The translations under genes and the position numbers were made by a program. The notes under the pieces are model-generated. The model ran no database searches. It worked only from the letters and a program-made list of their open reading frames with translations, and was not told the DNA's origin. This document shows, piece by piece, positions 47,660 to 56,756 of a stretch of DNA of 64,000 nt (the first letter of the stretch is position 1; the number at the start of each line of letters is the position of its first letter). The stretch covers positions 32,001 to 96,000 of the forward strand of contig CAVYGN010000001.1 in NCBI GenBank assembly GCA_963768055.1, read 5' to 3'. The stretch is from an uncultured Spirochaetota bacterium (lineage in GTDB: Bacteria; Spirochaetota; Brevinematia; Brevinematales; JAOACQ01).

Positions 47660-48999
47660 TAGCCGTTGTTATCAATAACCGATTTAAGCCACAAGCCGCT
47701 TTTCTTGACTGTCCTCTTTTGCGTTTTAAAATCCACATGAACAAGCCCGAATCTCTGTGAATACCCGGCGTTCCATTCAAAGTTATCCATGAAGGACCAT
47801 ACAAAATAACCGGCCAGGTTTACTCCGGCTTGTATCGCCCGGTGGGCCTGGAATATATGTTCCCGGATATAATTAATCCTGTTATCGTCATTAACTTTCC
47901 CCTGCGGGTTTAAAACATCCTTAAAGGCCGCTCCGTTCTCGGTTATCATCATTTTTATGCCATTGTATTCCCTGTGAAGATAAAGCAATAGATCGTAAAG
48001 GCCTGCGGGATATATTTCCAATCCCGAGCCGGTCGTTTCCTTTCCTGTTTTTGTAAAGGAAGTTTGAAGATAGGGTTTACCGGGATCATGCCTTGCCGAA
48101 TTGCTTGTATAATAATTTACACCTAAAAAATCAATCGGGGTATTTATTATATCCATGTCGTCTTTTTTTATTTCAGGAAAATCTGCTGTCTCAGAAAACC
48201 AATTGACCAGCTCGGGCGGATATTGCCCTTTCATTACAGGGTCGAGGAACCAGCCGTTATAAAAATCGTTGTAACGCCTCGCTGCGGCAATGTCCCTCTC
48301 ATCCATTGACGCGGGGTAGACCGGATTCAGGTTAAGCTTTATCCCGATTTCGCCCTTCATTCCCATTTCACGGAAAGCGCGGACGGCCCTGCCATGCGAG
48401 AGCAGGATATTATGAGAAACGGATAGCGCTATTGAAAGATCCTTGATCCCAGGCGGATGCCCGCCGTACAAGTTGCCCGCAAAGGCGCTCACCCAGGGCT
48501 CGTTGAATGTCGCCCAGATTGGGACCATATCTCCAAGTTCCCTGAATACATAGCGGGAGTATTCTTCGAAATAATTAATAGTTTCCCCGGCGGCCCAGCC
48601 TCCGATATCCTGGAGTTTCTGGGGCAGGTCCCAGTGATACAGGGTAGCCGCAGGTTTAATTCCGTTTTCAAGAAGCAGACCGGCAAGTCTCCTGTAAAAA
48701 TCGATTCCCTTTTTATTAGGTTTTCCTTTGCCTTCCGGAAATATCCTCGGCCAGGAAACGGAAAAAAAGTAAGATTTGAATCCGAGGTCTTTAAGAAGTT
48801 TTACATCCTTCTCATAAAGATGATAATGGTCGCAGGCGACATCGCCGTTATCGTTGTTGAATATCTTTCCAGGCCGCAGGTGAGTGAAGCGGTCCCAGAT
48901 CGATTCCCCCTTCCCGTCTTCCAGGTAAGCGCCCTCGATCTGATATGAGGCGCTCGACGCGCCCCAGATGAAGCCATGCGGAAAAACTAACCCCGGCAT
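47656..48999 (-). CDS. GH1 beta-glucosidase
   Basis: SYQIEG, TLYHWDLP, TFNEP, ITENG and WSFMDNFEW motifs. Confidence 0.95.
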   Translation of the reverse strand: MPGLVFPHGFIWGASSASYQIEGAYLEDGKGESIWDRFTHLRPGKIFNNDNGDVACDHYHLYEKDVKLLKDLGFKSYFFSVSWPRIFPEGKGKPNKKGIDFYRRLAGLLLENGIKPAATLYHWDLPQKLQDIGGWAAGETINYFEEYSRYVFRELGDMVPIWATFNEPWVSAFAGNLYGGHPPGIKDLSIALSVSHNILLSHGRAVRAFREMGMKGEIGIKLNLNPVYPASMDERDIAAARRYNDFYNGWFLDPVMKGQYPPELVNWFSETADFPEIKKDDMDIINTPIDFLGVNYYTSNSARHDPGKPYLQTSFTKTGKETTGSGLEIYPAGLYDLLLYLHREYNGIKMMITENGAAFKDVLNPQGKVNDDNRINYIREHIFQAHRAIQAGVNLAGYFVWSFMDNFEWNAGYSQRFGLVHVDFKTQKRTVKKSGLWLKSVIDNNGY

Positions 49000-49121
49000 T
49001 TTTCACCCGGGCAGCCGCACGGTGCGGGCGGCCTGCAATCCGTGTTTTCCGGGCCGCAGCATTCGCAATCGATGCCTTTTTGCTTTGAAACGCCTTCCAT
49101 TTCCTTTTTGAACTCAAACAT
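48987..49121 (-). CDS. Unannotated Cys-rich peptide (44 aa, 7 Cys), metallothionein-like
   Basis: AGGAGG RBS, then MFEFKKEMEGVSKQKGIDCECCGPENTDCRPPAPCGCPGEKCRG*; overlaps the GH1 start. Confidence 0.65.
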   Translation of the reverse strand: MFEFKKEMEGVSKQKGIDCECCGPENTDCRPPAPCGCPGEKCRG

Positions 49122-49151
49122 AATTGAGCCTCCTGAATTATTTTTCATAAT

Positions 49152-49187
49152 ATATGACGTAAGTTTCCCTGAAAGGACGCAAAATCC
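49152..49187 (-). promoter_or_regulatory. ECF (SigZ-like) promoter repeat upstream of the Cys-rich peptide and GH1
   Basis: Minus strand TTTGCGTCCTTTCAGGGAAACTTACGTCATAT. Confidence 0.75.
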
Positions 49188-49226
49188 ATGATAATTTGCA
49201 GTGCCATTGTAAAAAAACCTTGCATT

Positions 49227-50585
49227 TTATTCTCCTCTTACAATATTTAGCAAGCAGGACGGCCGGACAGTATAGGACCTGATAAGATCGGCGAGTTCCT
49301 CCCATCCGGTGCAGTTTTCCAGTAAAAAAGACCTTGGATAATCTTTGATCTCCTCCCAGGGAATAGACTGCAATACAGGTTTGAAAAACTGGCGGATTTG
49401 AAGCTCATCAAGAAAAGAAAAAATCCTGAATTTCAACTGTTCTTTTACTTTGTAATCAATTGCTGAAGAAAACCTGTCCTCCAGCATTTTGAATATTTCC
49501 ACTGCTATAGCGGAATTACCGAGGCCCCGTCTTTGATCCCTGATTTTATCGGCCATTGACGCCCATTTTGTGCCGTTCTTCGGATAAACCAATCCCATTG
49601 CCCCGATATCTTTATAAGCCCAATAAGTCCATGAAATGCGGTATTTTTCAAAAAGATCGAGACAGTCTTTTACTAATTTCAGACCTTCCATCAGCCTGCC
49701 TTTGGGAAAAAACCCTCCGGTCTCTCCAACCCACAGAGGCATGCCTGTTTTTTCTCTAAGGCCGATGAAATACGATAGTTTTTGTTCCAGTTCCGCTTTT
49801 CTTTTTTCAGGTTCTGCGGATAATAAAACATGCATACCGGGGTAAAAATGGAACGAAATAGCCTGCTGGCGCCCGCCTAAATTTTTAAATAAATTAAAGT
49901 CCTTGGCCCAGTCGTCTCCTTCAAGGAATATTATGTGATTATTATCGATTTCTCGTATCTTACGGATCACCCTGTCATAAAAGACGTTGAAGGTATCGAT
50001 ATCAGGAACGAATGCGGGTTCATTGAGTATATCGAAACCGGCAATGATCGGATCATCCTTATACCTCTCCGCTATATATCCCCAGAGGTTGACGATTCTC
50101 TCTCTCGATGAGGCGTCTTCCCAGAACGTGCTGACCCCTGTATCACCCCCGCCATGCGAATCGGGGTTTTGGCCGCCGGGTGAAGAATGCATATCAAGGA
50201 TAGCGAAAATATCATATTTACGGCAAAGCTCAAGCACCCGGTCTATATGTTTAAATCCTTCAGGTTTATACTCCCCCGGCGCCTGATCATCTTCAAAACG
50301 CCTGTAATCGAGAGCCAGCCTTAAGGCGTTTATGCCCAGACTTTTTAATAATATAAAATCTTCTTCGGTAATGAAGAATCGCAGGTAATCATCAAAAAAT
50401 TGGGCGGAATTTTCGCTGCCGTAAACCCCGGCAAAAGTCTGTCGGATTCTCTTATTGGAGCCCGGTATTCCGATCATGAAATTTTCGATATTCATCCATG
50501 ATCCTAACACAAACCCCCTTAAAATTATAGATGTGTTATGAAGGGTAAATTCCCCGTTTTTAGCTTGGATAAAACTTGTGTCCAT
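49227..50585 (-). CDS. GH5 family glycoside hydrolase (cytoplasmic)
   Basis: LGSWMNIENF, ILDMH, ILNEP, FHFY and VGETG motifs; likely start is MDTSF at 50585, downstream of the promoter repeat. Confidence 0.88.
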   Translation of the reverse strand: MDTSFIQAKNGEFTLHNTSIILRGFVLGSWMNIENFMIGIPGSNKRIRQTFAGVYGSENSAQFFDDYLRFFITEEDFILLKSLGINALRLALDYRRFEDDQAPGEYKPEGFKHIDRVLELCRKYDIFAILDMHSSPGGQNPDSHGGGDTGVSTFWEDASSRERIVNLWGYIAERYKDDPIIAGFDILNEPAFVPDIDTFNVFYDRVIRKIREIDNNHIIFLEGDDWAKDFNLFKNLGGRQQAISFHFYPGMHVLLSAEPEKRKAELEQKLSYFIGLREKTGMPLWVGETGGFFPKGRLMEGLKLVKDCLDLFEKYRISWTYWAYKDIGAMGLVYPKNGTKWASMADKIRDQRRGLGNSAIAVEIFKMLEDRFSSAIDYKVKEQLKFRIFSFLDELQIRQFFKPVLQSIPWEEIKDYPRSFLLENCTGWEELADLIRSYTVRPSCLLNIVRGE

Positions 50586-50617
50586 GCTTTTTATTCCGTT
50601 AAAATATTTTCCACAAG

Positions 50618-50653
50618 ATATGACGTAAGTTTCCCTGAAAGGATGTAAAATCC
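50618..50653 (-). promoter_or_regulatory. ECF (SigZ-like) promoter repeat upstream of GH5
   Basis: Minus strand TTTACATCCTTTCAGGGAAACTTACGTCATAT. Confidence 0.72.
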
Positions 50654-50664
50654 GGGATGTGTTT

Positions 50665-51219
50665 TTAAGAAATGTTACAGCAGCAGCATGTGACGGGCCG
50701 GATGTCGATGATTGTACCAAAGCGGTCGAATTCGAAATGGCAGCAATTCATGAGGCTGTCCCTGACTAATTTGCGGCCCCTCTGGACGCGCGACTTGGCA
50801 CATGATGATGAAATACCAAGTTTTTCCGCTACTTCAACGATTGATAAACCCTGAAATTCGAATAAGAGAAGAGCCTGCGCGTACTTTTCCGGCAGGGTTT
50901 CGATCATATTTCTCAGGCCCGAAGCGATTTCATCCTCCGGGCTTTCCTCTTCTCTTTCATAGCCGATTTCGATATCATCTATATCCTTGATCCCTGTCCT
51001 GCGTTTCCTGTAATAGTCTATTATCGTATTCCGCGCTATCCGGTAGATCCATCCTACCAGCTTCGACTGTTCCTCGAGTTTATCGATATTAAGGTGGATC
51101 TTTAAAAAAACATCCTGAAGGATATCGTCGATATCGGAGCGGTTGGATATCCTATGGTATATAAAAGCCCTTATCCTTTCTCCGAAATCTTCCCAGATTT
51201 GATTGAAATCATGCGGCAT
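50665..51219 (-). CDS. sigZ: ECF RNA polymerase sigma factor, SigZ-like
   Basis: DDILQDVFLK, WIYRIARNTIIDYYR, LPEKYAQAL, KSRVQRGR and a CCHFEFDRFG tail. Confidence 0.88.
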   Translation of the reverse strand: MPHDFNQIWEDFGERIRAFIYHRISNRSDIDDILQDVFLKIHLNIDKLEEQSKLVGWIYRIARNTIIDYYRKRRTGIKDIDDIEIGYEREEESPEDEIASGLRNMIETLPEKYAQALLLFEFQGLSIVEVAEKLGISSSCAKSRVQRGRKLVRDSLMNCCHFEFDRFGTIIDIRPVTCCCCNIS

Positions 51220-51267
51220 AATTACCCAAAACCTCCGTCATCTTCAAAAAAAATATTTTTTTACAAG

Positions 51268-51303
51268 ATATGACGTGAATATTTTTGAAAGGATGCAAAG
51301 TCC
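51268..51303 (-). promoter_or_regulatory. ECF (SigZ-like) autoregulatory promoter
   Basis: Minus strand TTTGCATCCTTTCAAAAATATTCACGTCATAT, about 50 nt upstream of sigZ. Confidence 0.78.
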
Positions 51304-51463
51304 GGGATTTTTTTTGCATTACATTATAAGTTCCAATAAATTATACTCTTCTTAAAGGAAAAAATTCAACATCTTTCTTTATTTTTTAAGCCGGCCTCTT
51401 TAACCTTATGTTAAAATATTCTTTCAGCTGTGAGAATTTGTTTAGTTTCTTATGAGGTTCCGG

Positions 51464-53800
51464 ATGAAAAGATTTTTTGCGGTTTCAGCAATTATCTTCA
51501 CCTTCAATGTAATGTCTTTTCCTGCAAACCTTACTGTAAAAGTAACCGACGGGAAGATCGCTCTCGAAGATGCGACTGTGGTCATCATGGAACTCAAAAC
51601 GAATATTCTGACTTCCGACATGGGCATAATTTTTGTCAAAAATATACCGGACGGGAAATACACAATGATCGCAGTCCTGCCGGGATATGAAAAATACAGC
51701 AATGTCATAGAGATGAACGGAGAAGACAGGGAGATCGATGTGAGGCTCAGGCCGGTTACTTTTTCCCTCGGCGAAATAAATGTCGAAGCGAAAAAGAACG
51801 AGGGAAAGGTCCAGACTACAACCACTATAAAAAAAGACGAACTCGAGGCAAATACACAGACCTTCATGAACGATGCGGTAAAGACCCTCCAGCTTATGCC
51901 CGGCGTCTCGTCCGGAGGGGGGACTTTCGACAGCAGGATGTACATACAGGGCGGCGACCAGGACGAATGGATCGCTTACATGGACGGTATATGGATCATG
52001 AACCCGACTGTATTCGGAGGGTTCCTGTCGATGTTCAACCCTTATGTGATAGAAAACATAGACCTTTACACGGCAGGGTATCCCGTCGAGTACGGACAGG
52101 GTCTTTCAGGCATAATTGTCGTCGATACGAAGAATGGAAATAAGGACAGGCTGAAGGGATTTATCGATATTTCCCTTATTTCGGCGGAGATGCTCCTTGA
52201 AGGGCCTTTAAGTTCAAACTTCACGGTGATGTTCGATATGAGAAGGACCTATTACGATCTTTATCTGTCGGAAATATTTTCCAGTTCACTGCTTTCAGGG
52301 GTCCAGCTTCCATATCTTTGGGACGGGATAATAAAATTCGACTGGGACATTTCCCCTCATGACAACCTTACCCTGGACCTTTACGGCAACATAGAGGGAT
52401 TGAAATGGGATTTCAGCGGTTTTAGAGGGTCGTCCGGCTCGAATGAGGAATTTTATTACCAGCAGATAAACCTTATCGGCAGCATGAAATATACCCACAG
52501 GGATGATTCGGGCGACGCATTCGATCTTGTCGCAGGCGCAACACCTCAATTCAACCAGGACCAGTTAAGCGGAAGCCCTAATACCTTTTTTGACGACACT
52601 GAAAATGATTATTTATACCAGGTAAAGTCGGATTATTTTTTAAATTCCATTAAAGGGCACAAAATTCAGCTGGGCGGGCAATTTGTATATGATGTCCCGA
52701 CCGGCAGCGATGTGATCAGCAATTATTCGCTAAACGCGCAGGGCCAATGGGCGAACACTTCGGAACTGGATCTTAACTACAATTCGACCCGGATCGCTTA
52801 TTACAGCGGTTATCTCATGGATAACTGGGAGATCTTCCCCTCGATAATCATAGAGGGAGGGGGAAGGGAGGAGTATTATACGCTAAATGGCGAAAGCGCC
52901 TTCAACCCCCAGGCAGGGATAAAGTGGGAGAGCACCGATGCGCTCGATTTCTACCTGAGGGGAGGTTTATATCATCTTTTTCCTACGGATATTTCCTATA
53001 TAGACAGCAATATGGGGAATCCTGACTTGCAGAGCGAGAAAGTCTGGCATGTCATCGGGGGGACCGAATATTCAAGCGGTGATTACGTCCTGCGCCTGGA
53101 GGGTTTTTACAAGTACTATTACGACCTGTGGGAAAGCGATTCAATACTCCGCTACAATAACGACGGGATAAGGAATATATACGGCGGGGATGTCTACATC
53201 CAGAAAAAGGCAAGGAAGGGCGAATGGCTTTCGGGATGGATCGCTTACACATATGTTTACGGTGCAGAGGACGTAATCGACAGGTCGCCTGATAATCCCG
53301 CGAATCCTTATCAGACTCCCTTAAACGACTGGTATGTCCCCGATTATCTCCGGGAGGATACTATATCGGCCATTATTGAAATGACGTATTATAAAAATCC
53401 GGACGTGCCTTCTTTTCTAGACTTTCTTAACGAATGGAAGCTTTCCCTTGAGCTTTCGGCGCTTAGCGGCAAGCCATACACGCCGGCGACTAATTTCATA
53501 CAGAGCACCGATCCAAACGGCAATACGGTTTATTACATAAACTACGGCTCATACGACAGCCAGTATACTCCATGGTATATAAGGCTTGACGTAAAGATTA
53601 CAATACCTGTAGGACTGCATTTTCTCAGCGGACTTCTTGGGCCCAATGTGAACGGCTATTTCTATGTTGAAGTATTAAATGTTCTAAACCTTTCGAATGT
53701 GATAGGCTACTATTACAGCGTCCAGAACGGCCAGCTTACCCAGACCCCGGAAAAAGACCTTCCGTTCGTGCCTTTCGCCGGATTCCGCATAGAGTTTTAG
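51464..53800 (+). CDS. TonB-dependent receptor with N-terminal carboxypeptidase-regulatory-like domain
   Basis: Signal peptide, LQLMPGV plug, GNPDLQSEK, LNVLN and terminal GFRIEF. Confidence 0.85.
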   Translation: MKRFFAVSAIIFTFNVMSFPANLTVKVTDGKIALEDATVVIMELKTNILTSDMGIIFVKNIPDGKYTMIAVLPGYEKYSNVIEMNGEDREIDVRLRPVTFSLGEINVEAKKNEGKVQTTTTIKKDELEANTQTFMNDAVKTLQLMPGVSSGGGTFDSRMYIQGGDQDEWIAYMDGIWIMNPTVFGGFLSMFNPYVIENIDLYTAGYPVEYGQGLSGIIVVDTKNGNKDRLKGFIDISLISAEMLLEGPLSSNFTVMFDMRRTYYDLYLSEIFSSSLLSGVQLPYLWDGIIKFDWDISPHDNLTLDLYGNIEGLKWDFSGFRGSSGSNEEFYYQQINLIGSMKYTHRDDSGDAFDLVAGATPQFNQDQLSGSPNTFFDDTENDYLYQVKSDYFLNSIKGHKIQLGGQFVYDVPTGSDVISNYSLNAQGQWANTSELDLNYNSTRIAYYSGYLMDNWEIFPSIIIEGGGREEYYTLNGESAFNPQAGIKWESTDALDFYLRGGLYHLFPTDISYIDSNMGNPDLQSEKVWHVIGGTEYSSGDYVLRLEGFYKYYYDLWESDSILRYNNDGIRNIYGGDVYIQKKARKGEWLSGWIAYTYVYGAEDVIDRSPDNPANPYQTPLNDWYVPDYLREDTISAIIEMTYYKNPDVPSFLDFLNEWKLSLELSALSGKPYTPATNFIQSTDPNGNTVYYINYGSYDSQYTPWYIRLDVKITIPVGLHFLSGLLGPNVNGYFYVEVLNVLNLSNVIGYYYSVQNGQLTQTPEKDLPFVPFAGFRIEF

Positions 53801-53808
53801 GAACTAAA

Positions 53809-54381
53809 CTACCTGTGCCATCCCCCGCGCCAGCCGCCATGCCAGCCGCCGTGCCAGCCCCACCCATGATAGAAACCCCGGTGCGGGCCGAAATAACCCC
53901 AGTGCGGACCTATGTAAAAAACCGGGCCGGGCACATATGGTCCCTCAATAATAATCCATGGTCCGGTATAAAAGGGCGACCTGTACCAGGCCCCGTCTTC
54001 GTACCTCCACCAGTATCCGCCGTAGTAATAGACAAGTTCGCCGTTATAATCATAATACCCTTCCGAACCCGGGACAGGTATTAATTGCGGCTGCTGGACC
54101 TGTGAATTTTGATTGTTCTGTACATTGGTGGAAGGTTGTGTCGGCTGGGGGGCTTTAAGATCAACCTGTGACCCCTTTGCCGCGTCGAACACGGATTTGA
54201 TGTCGGCTATTTTAATCGATCTCGCTTTTCCGTTTTCGCCGTCAAGGTACAACTCTTCGGCAGTTTTTCCCAGCATATTGCCCTTGACAACGCTTCCATC
54301 GTTCAAAATTATGTTTACTTCGAAAGAATATAGGAGAGTCATGGGCAGTAGAAGTATCGCCGTCATCAATATTTTTTTCAT
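53809..54381 (-). CDS. Secreted hypothetical protein with Gly/Trp/His-rich tail
   Basis: Signal peptide, Gln/Pro linker, YYYGGYWW and GGWH repeats. Confidence 0.7.
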   Translation of the reverse strand: MKKILMTAILLLPMTLLYSFEVNIILNDGSVVKGNMLGKTAEELYLDGENGKARSIKIADIKSVFDAAKGSQVDLKAPQPTQPSTNVQNNQNSQVQQPQLIPVPGSEGYYDYNGELVYYYGGYWWRYEDGAWYRSPFYTGPWIIIEGPYVPGPVFYIGPHWGYFGPHRGFYHGWGWHGGWHGGWRGGWHR

Positions 54382-54517
54382 AACCGCCTCCATGAAGCTT
54401 CATGTATAATATAATAAGGGTTTTTCCCAAAAGAAAGATTCAGTATTTAGATCTGTCTTTTTCAGCGATTGCGTTGTGAATCTATGCTGTATGGCGCCCG
54501 GCTTACGGTACTTACAG

Positions 54518-54928
54518 TTACTGCTGCCGTAGCGTTCCCGAACCGGCTATCGAAGACATTATGATTCCCGCTATAGTATACTGGATCAAGCCTTCAATAA
54601 ACCATATGACTGCAATTTTAAAAGGTATAGGGTATAAGGCGTATTGTTTGAATGATGAATATCCGGCCATAAGTATGCCGATCAGGAAGCCGTAAAAAAT
54701 TCCCTCTGTAATACCCTTGCCTTTGTAAATACGGGCAAATATGAATACAAAAAGCAGGGTCGAAACCAGATATAAAACCGGTTCGAGCCAGAATATCATC
54801 TGAGGCCGCCATACATTGCTTAAAGAATTATTTATCTTGACAAGAAGTAGGGAATCAAATAAAAAATCGATAATTGCAAAGCAGAAAAATACAGCGGCAA
54901 TTGTAATAAAGTATTTTTTGACGGTCAT
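54518..54928 (-). CDS. Small 4-TM membrane protein
   Basis: Four hydrophobic segments; AGGAGG RBS. Confidence 0.7.
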   Translation of the reverse strand: MTVKKYFITIAAVFFCFAIIDFLFDSLLLVKINNSLSNVWRPQMIFWLEPVLYLVSTLLFVFIFARIYKGKGITEGIFYGFLIGILMAGYSSFKQYALYPIPFKIAVIWFIEGLIQYTIAGIIMSSIAGSGTLRQQ

Positions 54929-54940
54929 TGTCAACCTCCT

Positions 54941-55951
54941 TTATGATAACACGGATAATTTATTTCTTCTGGTTGAAGAAGTCAAGTGCAGGATAAGCTC
55001 CCCGATGTCCCCGACAAATTCCAGCCCGGCGTTTCTTCCGGTGCCCGAGAATACCATTTGATTATTCTCATAAAAACAGACCATGATATTCGATTTCAGG
55101 GATTCGTTAACTTTTGCCGTCATCTCGCCAAGCTTAGGAGCCGGCAGGTCGATTCCCTCGGTTCTGTCGGCGTATATTTCCATAGAACGTCTTTTATCTT
55201 TTACTGTTATTTGTATCGTCTCTGACGATAAGATGATTTTATCTATCCGGGCTCCGGTATATGTCGCAAACCGGTAAATGCGGTTTTTATAATAAAAACC
55301 GAAGATGAATCCTGTAAAATAACTTCCGAGCCATGGGATTTTAGCGATTGAACCGAACAAAGAGATTCCGTCTTCGTCAAAGTGATTGGTCTGCATCCAG
55401 ATCCATGATGACGGCATCGATCGGCCCCAGTCCTTTTCCATGTAGCCCTTACCGCCTGTAAAATCGGTAGTTATGCCGTTAACATCAAAATAACCGTATA
55501 TATCATGATCAAAGCTCATGGTGGCATGATAGCATTCCATCATGGGCACGAAAGCGTACCAGCCCATTGTTCCCGGAGAGAAAGGGGATACCGGCCAGGG
55601 AAAGATGTTTTTAAAATTCAGGTCGGCTTTTATTTTGTCCCTTCCGTCGTCCATATCCAGGAGCATTTGTTCCAGGGAAAAATAATTACCGCCGATTTTA
55701 AGCTCGAACTTTTTTGTATTTGCCCGGAACTCGCCGATCGGATATTGATAATAATAGAGTTTCCGATTTCTGGCGTCCGCAAGCATAACAAAAGAATGCG
55801 ATTTTGACGTATTCATCGATATTGAAATTCCGGGAATGACTGCATAAGCTGTTTTCTCATCCCTGCTGATCGACTTAAAATACCAGCCCTCAAAATAGTT
55901 CTTCTTCTTCACTTTGCCCTGAAAAACCTCAGGCTTCCAAAGATTCGACAT
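54941..55951 (-). CDS. Tocopherol cyclase family protein
   Basis: YFEGWYFK, MECYH and GYMEKDWGRSMPSSWIWMQ motifs. Confidence 0.88.
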   Translation of the reverse strand: MSNLWKPEVFQGKVKKKNYFEGWYFKSISRDEKTAYAVIPGISISMNTSKSHSFVMLADARNRKLYYYQYPIGEFRANTKKFELKIGGNYFSLEQMLLDMDDGRDKIKADLNFKNIFPWPVSPFSPGTMGWYAFVPMMECYHATMSFDHDIYGYFDVNGITTDFTGGKGYMEKDWGRSMPSSWIWMQTNHFDEDGISLFGSIAKIPWLGSYFTGFIFGFYYKNRIYRFATYTGARIDKIILSSETIQITVKDKRRSMEIYADRTEGIDLPAPKLGEMTAKVNESLKSNIMVCFYENNQMVFSGTGRNAGLEFVGDIGELILHLTSSTRRNKLSVLS

Positions 55952-56017
55952 GCATCCCCCGAATAATAAATATAGAATATAATGATCATATTGACAAATT
56001 AGAAAATTAATTTTATT

Positions 56018-56037
56018 ATTTAATAAGCCTATTAAAT
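56018..56037. promoter_or_regulatory. Palindromic operator upstream of the ABC-TetR operon
   Basis: ATTTAATA-AGCC-TATTAAAT downstream of TTGACA (55991). Confidence 0.45.
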
Positions 56038-56066
56038 ATCATTATTAAATAGCGGGGAAAATTTAT

Positions 56067-56756
56067 ATGGGTATTGCCGCATCTTTCAGCAAAGTTAGGA
56101 AATCATATTCCTCAGGCGAAGCGAGAACCGCTGTTCTTAAAGACCTTGATTTCAAGATCGAAAACGAGGAAATGGCGGCTTTTGCAGGGCCTTCCGGATC
56201 GGGTAAAACCACTATCCTTAACCTTCTCGGCTGCATAGACAACCCCGATTCCGGAAAAATAGAAATAGACGGCCTCGATATCACATCGATGGGACAGGGA
56301 AAACTCGCGGAATTAAGAAATAGCAAAATAGGGTTTATCTTCCAGAGCTTTAACCTTATACCGGTCCTGACGGCATTTGAAAACGCGGAGTTTCCCCTGC
56401 TTCTAGGAGGAATGAAAGACAGGGATCAAAGAAGGGAAAAGGTGATGGAAATATTTAAACTCGTCGGAATTGAAAAATTAGCCTCCCGGCTTCCGGGGCA
56501 GCTTTCGGGGGGCCAGCAGCAAAGGGTCGCTATAGCAAGGGCCCTTGTTAAAAAACCCCTCCTGATCCTGGCCGACGAGCCGACAGCAAACCTGGATTCA
56601 AAGAGCGCATCCGAAACCCTGGAACTGATGAGGATGATGAATAATGAACTTAAAACGACTTTTGTATTTTCGACCCATGATATTAAAATAATGGAATTCG
56701 CCAAAAGGCTGATCCGGCTGGTTGACGGAAATATAGTTTCGGATGAAAAAAAATGA
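56067..56756 (+). CDS. ABC transporter ATP-binding protein (LolD/MacB type)
   Basis: GPSGSGKT, LSGGQQQRVAIARAL and ILADEPTANLD motifs. Confidence 0.93.
   Translation: MGIAASFSKVRKSYSSGEARTAVLKDLDFKIENEEMAAFAGPSGSGKTTILNLLGCIDNPDSGKIEIDGLDITSMGQGKLAELRNSKIGFIFQSFNLIPVLTAFENAEFPLLLGGMKDRDQRREKVMEIFKLVGIEKLASRLPGQLSGGQQQRVAIARALVKKPLLILADEPTANLDSKSASETLELMRMMNNELKTTFVFSTHDIKIMEFAKRLIRLVDGNIVSDEKK

Noticed and set aside
50586..50720. N-terminal extension of GH5 in the ORF track
   Set aside because: It overlaps sigZ and the promoter repeat; the likely start is 50585.
49152..51303. The 36-bp triple repeat as CRISPR repeats or att sites
   Set aside because: Spacing is gene-sized, each copy sits just upstream of a start codon, and there is no integrase or cas gene. 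A promoter interpretation fits better.
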